From assembly GCA_900317445.1 (NCBI GenBank), contig ONGV01000097.1, forward strand, positions 1 through 34,091: a DNA stretch of 34,091 bases. Direction: 5' to 3'. Below the pieces are notes generated by a model. It did no database searches, was not told the origin of the DNA, and saw only the letters and a list, made by a program, of their open reading frames with translations. Both the position numbers and the translations under genes were made by a program. Positions 18,845-27,060 of the stretch are shown here, piece by piece. Numbering within the stretch: position 1 is the stretch's first letter; each line of letters opens with the position of its first letter. Origin of the DNA: an uncultured Eubacteriales bacterium (GTDB lineage: Bacteria > Bacillota > Clostridia > Clostridiales > Clostridiaceae).

Positions 18845-20332
18845 ATGGGAAAACCAACAGGTTTTTTAGAATATGAACGTGAAGATAGTCCAGCAGTAGA
18901 ACCATTAGAAAGAATTAAAAATTTTAATGAGTTTCATGAATTAATGCCTGATGAAAAGAGAAGAGTTCAAGGAGCTCGTTGCATGGATTGTGGAGTACCT
19001 TTTTGTCAATCAGGTATGATATTAAATGGGGCAGGTACAGGCTGCCCTCTTCATAACCTAATACCAGAATGGAATGATTTGGTATATACAGGAAATGATG
19101 AACAAGCATTAAATCGTCTTTTAAAGACAAGTAATTTCCCAGAATTCACATCAAGAGTATGTCCTGCACTTTGTGAAGCAGCATGTACATGTGGTCTTAA
19201 TGGAAAGGCTGTTTCTACTAAAGAAAATGAAAGAGGAATTATAGAAAATGCTTATGCAAAGGGATTAATAAAGCCACAACCTCCAAAGGTTAGAACTGGC
19301 AAAAAAATTGCTATAGTAGGTTCTGGTCCTTCAGGCCTTGCAGCAGCAGACCAATTAAATAAAAGAGGACATGAGGTAACTGTATATGAAAGAGAAGACC
19401 GTGTAGGTGGACTTTTAATGTATGGTATTCCAAATATGAAGCTTGAAAAACATATTATTGATAGAAAAATAAATTTAATGAAAGAAGAAGGAGTTAAATT
19501 TATAACTAATGCAGATATAGGAACAAACTATAAGGCCTCAAAGCTTATGAGAGAATATGATAGTGTAATTTTAGCTTGTGGTGCTTCTAATCCAAGAGAT
19601 ATAAATGTTCCAGGAAGAGAAGCTAAGGGAATATATTTTGCAGTAGATTTCTTAAAATCCACAACAAAAAGCCTTTTAAATTCAAATTTACAAGATGGAA
19701 ACTTTATATCTGCAAAGGATAAAAAGGTTGTTATAATAGGTGGAGGAGACACTGGTAATGACTGTGTTGGAACATCAATTAGACATGGTGCTTTATCAGT
19801 TACTCAATTAGAAATGATGCCAAAACTTCCAGATTCTCGTGCAGAAAATAATCCATGGCCACAATGGCCAAGAGTCTGCAAAACAGACTATGGTCAAGAA
19901 GAAGCTATAGCTGTATTTGGACATGACCCTAGAATATATCAGACAACAGTAAAAGAATTTATAGCTAATGAAGCAGGAGAATTAACAAAGCTTAAACTTG
20001 TAAAACTTCAAAGCAAAAAAAATGAAGAAACAGGAAGAATGTACATGGCAGAAGTTGAAGGTTCTGAATATGAAATAGAAGCAGATTTAGTTCTTATAGC
20101 AGCAGGATTTTTAGGAAGTCAAAGCTATGTTACAAAAGCTTTCAATGTAGATGTTAATGAACGTACAAATGTATTAACAGAACCAGGAAAATATGAGACT
20201 TCAGTAGAAAATGTATTTGTTACTGGAGATATGCACAGAGGTCAATCTTTAGTTGTATGGGCAATTAGAGAAGGAAGAGAAGTTGCAAGAGAAGTAGATA
20301 AAAAATTAATGGGATATACTAGCTTAGAATAA
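18845..20332 (+). CDS. gltD: Glutamate synthase small subunit
   Basis: MGKPTGF, RCMDCGVPFC, CPALCEAAC, GSGPSG, GGGDTGNDC, GDMHRGQSLVVWA. SD AGGAGGT. Confidence 0.98.
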   Translation: MGKPTGFLEYEREDSPAVEPLERIKNFNEFHELMPDEKRRVQGARCMDCGVPFCQSGMILNGAGTGCPLHNLIPEWNDLVYTGNDEQALNRLLKTSNFPEFTSRVCPALCEAACTCGLNGKAVSTKENERGIIENAYAKGLIKPQPPKVRTGKKIAIVGSGPSGLAAADQLNKRGHEVTVYEREDRVGGLLMYGIPNMKLEKHIIDRKINLMKEEGVKFITNADIGTNYKASKLMREYDSVILACGASNPRDINVPGREAKGIYFAVDFLKSTTKSLLNSNLQDGNFISAKDKKVVIIGGGDTGNDCVGTSIRHGALSVTQLEMMPKLPDSRAENNPWPQWPRVCKTDYGQEEAIAVFGHDPRIYQTTVKEFIANEAGELTKLKLVKLQSKKNEETGRMYMAEVEGSEYEIEADLVLIAAGFLGSQSYVTKAFNVDVNERTNVLTEPGKYETSVENVFVTGDMHRGQSLVVWAIREGREVAREVDKKLMGYTSLE

Positions 20333-20377
20333 AAAAAAGAACTACCACATAAAAAAAAGGCGTGGTAGTTTTTTTTA
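20331..20377 (+). terminator. Intrinsic terminator of gltBD
   Basis: AACTACCAC / GTGGTAGTT flanked by A and T tracts. Confidence 0.8.
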
Positions 20378-20570
20378 TCATACATTTTCTTACAAATTCT
20401 GTTTTGCTTACAAAATTTGAAAATAAGTTTGTTTTAAAATTTAAAAATTCATTTGCAAAATAATCATATTCATCTATTATTACATAAATAGGTTTATCTA
20501 TTTTAAATCTTATTTTGCCTAAAAACATATTAAAAGTATCAGTAATAAGTCCAGAAAAATTAAATTTTAA
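20378..20570 (-). pseudogene. Internal fragment of a predicted AAA-ATPase-like (PF09820-type) gene
   Basis: Minus frame reads LKFNFSGLITDTFNMFLGKIRFKIDKPIYVIIDEYDYFANEFL...FVRK. FNFSG and Walker B IIDEYD are family hallmarks but are unusually close together; no Walker A, no proper start or C-terminus. Confidence 0.7.
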
Positions 20571-20670
20571 ACCTTAATTATTTATTTTATTATATATTAT
20601 TGCTTAGTTTTTATAAATTTATACTCTAAATCAAATTGTTTTATATGAATTTTAATAAACAAAATGTTAA

Positions 20671-20697
20671 ATTATATATTTTCAGAAAATATATAAT
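20671..20697. promoter_or_regulatory. Perfect palindromic operator with CodY-box-like core
   Basis: ATTATATATTTTC-A-GAAAATATATAAT. The core TATTTTCAGAAAATA matches AATTTTCWGAAAATT at 13/15; the right arm includes TATAAT. Confidence 0.55.
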
Positions 20698-20768
20698 AAT
20701 ATATAATTAGGTTATTAATAGACTTTTATAATAAGGATATTTATTAAATAAATGAAAAGGTGAAAAGC

Positions 20769-21716
20769 ATGGAAAAAATATCAGCAAAGTATATGCTAAA
20801 GTATATAGATTATTTTAGAAAAGATAATATAAAGTTATATGCAATAGAAGAAAAAAATGGAATATACTATCCAGCCTATGATAAAACTTTTATACAATTT
20901 GAAGAAGATTTTAGAAACTCAGAGCTTATAGATTATAATTTTAAATTTATAATAGGTAAATTAAGTGATTTTCAAGACACTCTTTACAATTTAATTCCTA
21001 TATGTGAATATCCTGTTTTAAAAGTTCTTTTTACATATTATATTATGATAGAAAATGAACGAGATGGAGCTTGGATTGAAGAGATAGAAAATAAAACTTT
21101 TTTAAAGCTTTTATTAAGGCTTCAAGAACTTTTAGAAGGAAAAGAAAAGGAAGGAATTAATCATATTAGTATAGAGAAAAAGTCTGGAGAAGAAATTTTC
21201 ACTTATGATAATAAAGCCTTACCTTATACATTAAAAGATTTTTGGTCCTTTCAATATTCAAATTTAATATCTTCTAAAATAAGAGATGATATAAGTAAGT
21301 TTATTGTAGCAAAGGCACTAAAAATTACAGATAGAAAATTTCAATATTTTGATGGACATGATTTAACTTCAAAGGAAGGAATACCAATAGATGTAAGGTC
21401 AGCTTCATATATTACTTCACAAGAAGAGGAAGATACAAAGGAAATAAGCTTTAATATAGGAAAATCAAGAAAAGGGTTTATTTATGTATTTTGTGTATTG
21501 TCCCATAGAACAAAAGAAGACTTAAATCCTTTAAATATAAATCAATGGGAATTCTATATTACAACTAAAAGTAATTTAGAAAAAATATTAGATGGGGATG
21601 AAGAAATAACATTAAAAAAATTAATTTTAAATAATGCAATAGAAAGTGAATATGAAAATCTTTATAAGGATATTATAAAACTATGTTCAAAGGAAATAAG
21701 AAATAATAAAAGATAG
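20769..21716 (+). CDS. Two-domain protein: DUF6508-like helical domain + PD-(D/E)XK-like domain with altered catalytic motif
   Basis: N-terminal ERDGAWIEEIE...LLLRLQEL. C-terminal DFWSFQYSNL...FIVAKAL...DL...IDVRSASY...YVFC...WEFY. ATG 20769 follows SD AAGGTG. Domain names are from recall only. Confidence 0.6.
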   Translation: MEKISAKYMLKYIDYFRKDNIKLYAIEEKNGIYYPAYDKTFIQFEEDFRNSELIDYNFKFIIGKLSDFQDTLYNLIPICEYPVLKVLFTYYIMIENERDGAWIEEIENKTFLKLLLRLQELLEGKEKEGINHISIEKKSGEEIFTYDNKALPYTLKDFWSFQYSNLISSKIRDDISKFIVAKALKITDRKFQYFDGHDLTSKEGIPIDVRSASYITSQEEEDTKEISFNIGKSRKGFIYVFCVLSHRTKEDLNPLNINQWEFYITTKSNLEKILDGDEEITLKKLILNNAIESEYENLYKDIIKLCSKEIRNNKR

Positions 21717-21786
21717 TATGTTATTAAGGAAACAATAGAAATTTATATGAATAATATAAATTATAATCTTTTAGAAGGTGAATAAA

Positions 21787-22017
21787 TTGAATCCTTATGA
21801 GTTAATAATGTTAATAAAGAAAAGAATGCAAGACCCTGTGTTTGCTCAAAAATTTAATGCATTAATAAATGAACTTAATAATATACCAGGACTTCAACAA
21901 GAAGTTATTAAGATAGCACAAATAAATGATGATAAAAAAAGACAAAGAGCAATAGATAGACTTCCAAGCAAGGTAAAAAGAACAGTAAATGAAATGTTTC
22001 AGCTTTTAAATAGCTAA
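21787..22017 (+). CDS. Small helical hypothetical protein (~76 aa)
   Basis: SD AAGGTG favours TTG 21787 over GTG 21778. Coding-like composition and a downstream hairpin. Confidence 0.7.
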   Translation: MNPYELIMLIKKRMQDPVFAQKFNALINELNNIPGLQQEVIKIAQINDDKKRQRAIDRLPSKVKRTVNEMFQLLNS

Positions 22018-22030
22018 AATCTAAAATGTG

Positions 22031-22062
22031 TCAGCTTGAAGATATAATAATTTTCAAGCTGA
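22031..22062 (+). terminator. Stem-loop / possible terminator
   Basis: TCAGCTTGAA / TTCAAGCTGA; lacks a downstream T tract. Confidence 0.55.
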
Positions 22063-22108
22063 TAAAAGTTAGATATAAGGAATTCTATATAATAAGGAAG
22101 GGATTTTT

Positions 22109-22627
22109 ATGTTTGAGTTTATAAAAAAATCAGATTATGAAATATTAAAATACATAAATAAACATATGAAATGTAAGTTTTTAGATAAGGTTATGCCTAT
22201 TATAACAGGTCTTGGAAATGGTGGACTTGTATGGATACTTATAGCTGTGATTATGTTAAAAAAAGGAAAATATAGATTTGGCTTAGCAATACTTCTAGCA
22301 ATAGCCTCTTCAGCAGGTATAGTTGAAGGGATAATAAAACCAATTGTAAGAAGAAGTAGACCATTTTTTAGAGAATCTAAAGAAGCAGAGCTTTTAATAA
22401 AAAAACCTATAGGATATTCATTTCCTTCAGGACATTCAGCTTCCTCCTTTGCAGTAGCAGCAGTATGTATATCAGGAGGAATTCCCTTTGCACATTTGTT
22501 TTTAATTTTAGCTATATTAATTTCATTTTCAAGGATGTACTTATTTGTACATTATCCAACTGATGTAGTTTGTGGTGGAATTTTTGGAATTATAATAGGA
22601 TATATAATTTCATTTTATATTATATAA
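22109..22627 (+). CDS. PAP2-family phosphatase (BcrC-like undecaprenyl-pyrophosphate phosphatase candidate)
   Basis: KPIVRRSRP, FPSGH, SRMYLFVHYPTDV motifs; several TM segments. Confidence 0.9.
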   Translation: MFEFIKKSDYEILKYINKHMKCKFLDKVMPIITGLGNGGLVWILIAVIMLKKGKYRFGLAILLAIASSAGIVEGIIKPIVRRSRPFFRESKEAELLIKKPIGYSFPSGHSASSFAVAAVCISGGIPFAHLFLILAILISFSRMYLFVHYPTDVVCGGIFGIIIGYIISFYII

Positions 22628-22719
22628 AGAAAAAATTTACAGAAATTTAATATAATAAACATAAAAAATATAGTATAATAAAAATTACTTATTTAATTAT
22701 AATTTTTTAGGAGGAAAAA

Positions 22720-23601
22720 ATGAATATTATTAATATTATAGGTGGATTTTTTATGGCACTAGCAGATAGTGTGCCAGGGGTTTCGGGAGGAACTATAGCT
22801 TTTATAATGGGTTTTTATGATGATTTTATAGGTTCTTTAGATGCACTTGTATCACCAGAGAAGGACAAAAAGAAAGCCATTAAATTTTTAATTAAGATTG
22901 GTATAGGATGGATTACAGGCTTTATATTAGCAGTTTTATTTATAACATCAGTATTTGAAAAGCATATATATGCTATAAGTTCATTATTTACAGGATTTAT
23001 TATTTGTTCTATTCCATTAATTTATAAAGAAGAAAAGGAAACAATATCAGGAAAAGGTAAAGATATAATCTTTTTAATTATAGGAATAATAATAGTAGCT
23101 TTAATTACCTACTTTAACCCAAGTTCAAGTGGAGAAGGAGGAATGAACCTTGCTTTTCATAATTTAAATATAGGAAAAGTTATATATGTATTTATAGTTG
23201 GAATGATAGCAATATCAGCAATGATTTTACCTGGAATTTCAGGTTCAACATTACTTCTTATATTTGGCTTATATGCACCTATAATGAATGCTATAAAATC
23301 ATTTTTAAAATTTGACTTTTCTTATACAGTAATATTAATTGTATTTGCATTAGGAATAATAGTAGGAATATGTTCAACAATAAAAATAATAGATTATTCT
23401 TTAGAAAAGTATAGATCAAAAGTTATATTTCTTGTTTTAGGTCTTATGATAGGTTCATTATATGCTATATTTATGGGACCAACTACTTTAGAAGTTCCAC
23501 AAGATGCAATGACTTTTAAAAGCTTTAATATAATATTTTTTATTATAGGTGGAGCTTTAATTATAGGACTTGAAAAATTAAAAACAGTAATTTCAAAATA
23601 A
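22720..23601 (+). CDS. DUF368-family membrane protein (undecaprenyl-phosphate translocase family)
   Basis: Duplicated signature ADSVPGVSGGTIA and AMILPGISGS; GLMIGS. SD AGGAGG. Confidence 0.9.
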   Translation: MNIINIIGGFFMALADSVPGVSGGTIAFIMGFYDDFIGSLDALVSPEKDKKKAIKFLIKIGIGWITGFILAVLFITSVFEKHIYAISSLFTGFIICSIPLIYKEEKETISGKGKDIIFLIIGIIIVALITYFNPSSSGEGGMNLAFHNLNIGKVIYVFIVGMIAISAMILPGISGSTLLLIFGLYAPIMNAIKSFLKFDFSYTVILIVFALGIIVGICSTIKIIDYSLEKYRSKVIFLVLGLMIGSLYAIFMGPTTLEVPQDAMTFKSFNIIFFIIGGALIIGLEKLKTVISK

Positions 23602-23611
23602 AAGATTACTT

Positions 23612-23658
23612 AAAAAGGTTGTTTACAATAAAATTTATTGTAAATAATCTTTTTTTTT
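23612..23658 (+). terminator. Intrinsic terminator
   Basis: AAGGTTGTTTACAAT / ATTGTAAATAATCTT followed by a long T tract. Confidence 0.8.
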
Positions 23659-23789
23659 ATAGGCAAGTAAAAATTTTTATATTAATATATTTGTTAAAAT
23701 CTTATTTTAATTTTCTATGAATTTTATATTGATAAGTGATATCATTATATATATAATTAACAGGAAATATTTATTATTGGGGCGAAAAA

Positions 23790-24671
23790 ATGAAAAATAG
23801 TGGTATTAAAAATTGGGTTATATTAATAATAGTATGTACTATATTAGCTTATTTAGGTGGAGATTTTCTTATTAGTGAAGAAGAACTTTTAGGGGAAAAT
23901 GTGGAAGGAACTATGGAAATTCACTATTTAGATGTTGGGCAAGGAGACTCTACTTATATTAAAATGGGAGATTTTGATATGCTTATAGATGCAGGACCAA
24001 CAAGTGAGGTAAATCATCTTCTTAAGCAACTGTCAGCTTTAAAGGTTAAAGATTTAGATGTAGTAATAGCAACTCATCCTCATGAAGACCATATTGGAGG
24101 AATGCCTGGAGTATTTGATACATATGAAGTGAAAAAATTTTATATGCCTAAGGCAACATATACAACAATGGCTTTTGAAAATTTAATTAATTCAGTAAAA
24201 AATGAAGGATTAAAAATAAAAACAATTAAAGAAGGTACAAAGATAAAGCTTGCTGAGGGAACTGTAATTAAAGCCTTTTCTCCAGGAGAAAAAAATTATG
24301 ATAATCTTAATAATTATTCTCCTATAATGAAACTAACATTTGGAGAAACTACCTTTATGTTTACAGGAGATGCAGAAAGAATAGCAGAGGATGAGGTTTT
24401 ATCAAAATATTCAGAAGAAGATTTAAAATCAGATGTAATAAAATTTGGTCATCATGGTTCAAATACATCCTCTACAGAGGATTTTATAAAAGCTGTATCA
24501 CCTAAATATGGGATTTTAAGCTGTGGAGAGGATAATCCTTATGGACATCCTCGAAAAAAAACTTTAAAAACTATAGAAAAACATAATATAGAAGTATACC
24601 GTACAGATAAACAAGGACAAATAACAGCTATAAGTGATGGAGAAAATATTAAGTTTACTACTGAAAAATAG
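23790..24671 (+). CDS. ComEC/Rec2-like metallo-beta-lactamase-fold hydrolase, membrane anchored
   Basis: LDVGQGDS, THPHEDHIGG, FTGD, GHHGS, NPYGHP, YRTD; N-terminal TM; no competence channel domain. Confidence 0.88.
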   Translation: MKNSGIKNWVILIIVCTILAYLGGDFLISEEELLGENVEGTMEIHYLDVGQGDSTYIKMGDFDMLIDAGPTSEVNHLLKQLSALKVKDLDVVIATHPHEDHIGGMPGVFDTYEVKKFYMPKATYTTMAFENLINSVKNEGLKIKTIKEGTKIKLAEGTVIKAFSPGEKNYDNLNNYSPIMKLTFGETTFMFTGDAERIAEDEVLSKYSEEDLKSDVIKFGHHGSNTSSTEDFIKAVSPKYGILSCGEDNPYGHPRKKTLKTIEKHNIEVYRTDKQGQITAISDGENIKFTTEK

Positions 24672-24698
24672 AATTGTTATTTAAAAGGAGAGCTAACT

Positions 24699-25763
24699 TT
24701 GGAAATTTATAAAGTAATAGATAAATTATATGAAACTAATAATGGTTCAAGGGAAGAATTAGAATTTTTATTAAATAATTTAAATGAGGATTCAAAAAAA
24801 TATCTTATTGAAAAGGCTAATTTAACAAGAATGAAAACCTATGGAGATAAGGTATATCTTAGAGGACTTATTGAATTTACCAATTATTGTGTTAGAAATT
24901 GTACCTATTGTGGAATAAGAGCATTAAATAAAAATGCAGAAAGATATAGACTCACAATAGATGAAATATTAGAATGTGCAGAACTTGGAGATAAATTAGG
25001 TTATAAAACCTATGTACTTCAAGGAGGAGAAGACCCTTATTTTACAGATAATATAATGGTAGAAATAATATCAAAAATAAAGAAACGTTTCCCTGAAAAT
25101 GCAATAACTATATCTTTAGGAGAAAGAAGCTATGAGTCTTATAAAAAGATGTTTGAAGCAGGAGCTGATAGATATCTTATAAGACATGAAACTGCAACAA
25201 AAGAACTTTATGAAAAGCTTCATCCAGGAGCAAGTTTTGAAAATAGAAGAAAGTGTCTTAAAGATTTAAAAGAAATAGGATATCAAATTGGATCAGGATT
25301 TATGATAGGGCTCCCAGGTCAAAAGGTTAGTGATTTAGTAAATGACCTTTTATATGTAAAGAAATTAAATCCTCATATGGTTGGAATTGGACCTTTTATA
25401 TCCCATAAAGATACTCCTCTTAAAGATGAAAAAAATGGAACATTAGAAGATACAATAAATTTAATAGCAATTTTAAGACTTCTTTTACCATCTGCTTTAA
25501 TACCAGCAACTACTTCCCTTGGAACAATAAATCCTTTAGGAAGAGAAATGGGAATTAAGGCAGGAGCAAATGTTGTAATGCCAAATCTTTCTCCAACAAG
25601 TGTAAGAAAAAAATATTCATTATATGATGGAAAGATATGTACAGGAGATGAAGCAGCAGAGTGTAGAAATTGTATTGAAGGAAGAATTAATAGAGCTGGC
25701 TTTAAGGTAGAAGTTTCAAGAGGGGACAATATAGAATGGAAAAGAGGGAAAGAAAATGAATAG
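24699..25763 (+). CDS. hydE: [FeFe]-hydrogenase maturase radical SAM protein HydE
   Basis: RGLIEFTNYCVRNCTYC, LQGGED, RHETA, GANVVMPN, YSLYDGKICTGDEAAECRNC. TTG start with SD AAAGGAG; overlaps hydF. Confidence 0.93.
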   Translation: MEIYKVIDKLYETNNGSREELEFLLNNLNEDSKKYLIEKANLTRMKTYGDKVYLRGLIEFTNYCVRNCTYCGIRALNKNAERYRLTIDEILECAELGDKLGYKTYVLQGGEDPYFTDNIMVEIISKIKKRFPENAITISLGERSYESYKKMFEAGADRYLIRHETATKELYEKLHPGASFENRRKCLKDLKEIGYQIGSGFMIGLPGQKVSDLVNDLLYVKKLNPHMVGIGPFISHKDTPLKDEKNGTLEDTINLIAILRLLLPSALIPATTSLGTINPLGREMGIKAGANVVMPNLSPTSVRKKYSLYDGKICTGDEAAECRNCIEGRINRAGFKVEVSRGDNIEWKRGKENE

Positions 25764-26949
25764 TACACCTAATTCAAATAGAAAACATATAGTTATTTAT
25801 GGAAAAACCAATGCAGGAAAATCATCTTTAATAAACAACTTAGTAAGACAAAATGTTGCTTTAGTTTCAAAAGAAGCTGGAACTACAACAGACCCAGTAT
25901 TTAAGGCTATGGAGTTAATTCCTATAGGACCTGTTTTATTTATAGATAGTGCAGGAATTAATGATAAAACATCTTTAGGAGATTTAAGAGTTTCTAAAAC
26001 TTTAGAATTATTAAAAAGAACAGATTTAGCTATTTATCTTATGGATGGAGAAGATATTGATGAAAAAGCTTTAAAAGATATGAAACTTCAGTTTAAAAAA
26101 TTTAATATTCCATATATATTAGTAATTAATAAATGTGATAAATTAGATGAAGAAAAGCTTAAAACACTAAAAAATGAATATGAAAATGCTATATTTATCT
26201 CTGCACATAATAATAGTAATATAGATAAATTAAAAGAAAAAATTATAGATATTTTAAAGGAACAAGAAGAGGATGTTTCTTTAGTAGGAGAACTTCTTCC
26301 TTATGGCTCAAAGGTAATTATGGTAGTGCCTGTAGATTCAGAAGCACCAAAGGGAAGACTTATACTTCCACAGGTTCAATGTATAAGAGATTGCTTAGAC
26401 CATGGAATTAAAAGTTATGTAGTAAGAGATACTGAGCTAAAAGAGGCTCTTAAAGAAATAAAAAATGTAGACTTAGTCATAACAGATTCTCAAGCCTTTA
26501 AAAATGTTGATGAAATAGTTCCTAAAAATATAAAATTAACAAGCTTTTCAATGCTTTTTGCAAGACAAAAGGGAGATATTAATGAATTCTTAAAAGGAGT
26601 AGAAGCTGTTAGAAATTTAAAACCTAAAGATAAAATACTTATATCAGAAAGTTGTACTCATAATACGTCCCATGAAGATATAGGAAGAGTTAAAATACCA
26701 AAGCTTCTTTCAAAATATGTTGGAGGGGATTTAGATATAACATTTAAAGTAGGTCATGAATTTCCAGAAGAAATAGAAGATTATAAACTTATAATACATT
26801 GTGGAGCTTGTATGGTAAATAGAAAAACAGTAGTTAATAGAATTAATTTATGTAAAGAAAAAGAAGTTCCTATAACTAATTATGGAGTTATATTATCATT
26901 TTTAACAAATACATTAGATAGAAGCAAAGTTATTTTTAATAAATTGTAG
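25756..26949 (+). CDS. hydF: [FeFe]-hydrogenase maturase GTPase HydF
   Basis: GKTNAGKS, GTTTDPV, DSAG, NKCD, APKGRLILPQ, ITDSQ, ESCTH...HCGACM. Confidence 0.95.
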   Translation: MNSTPNSNRKHIVIYGKTNAGKSSLINNLVRQNVALVSKEAGTTTDPVFKAMELIPIGPVLFIDSAGINDKTSLGDLRVSKTLELLKRTDLAIYLMDGEDIDEKALKDMKLQFKKFNIPYILVINKCDKLDEEKLKTLKNEYENAIFISAHNNSNIDKLKEKIIDILKEQEEDVSLVGELLPYGSKVIMVVPVDSEAPKGRLILPQVQCIRDCLDHGIKSYVVRDTELKEALKEIKNVDLVITDSQAFKNVDEIVPKNIKLTSFSMLFARQKGDINEFLKGVEAVRNLKPKDKILISESCTHNTSHEDIGRVKIPKLLSKYVGGDLDITFKVGHEFPEEIEDYKLIIHCGACMVNRKTVVNRINLCKEKEVPITNYGVILSFLTNTLDRSKVIFNKL

Positions 26950-27060
26950 AAAAAATCTAAAAATTCTATACAAATTACTACAATTTAGGGGTATAATATA
27001 TTAAAAGATTTTTAGAAAGGGGGAAGTTTATTAAAAATTTATTTTTTAATAAGCGAAATA

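Noticed and set aside
20319-20377. C-terminal part of the track ORF 20319-20528
   Set aside because: It runs through the gltBD terminator into gltD; this is read-through of a pseudogene fragment, not a real C-terminus.
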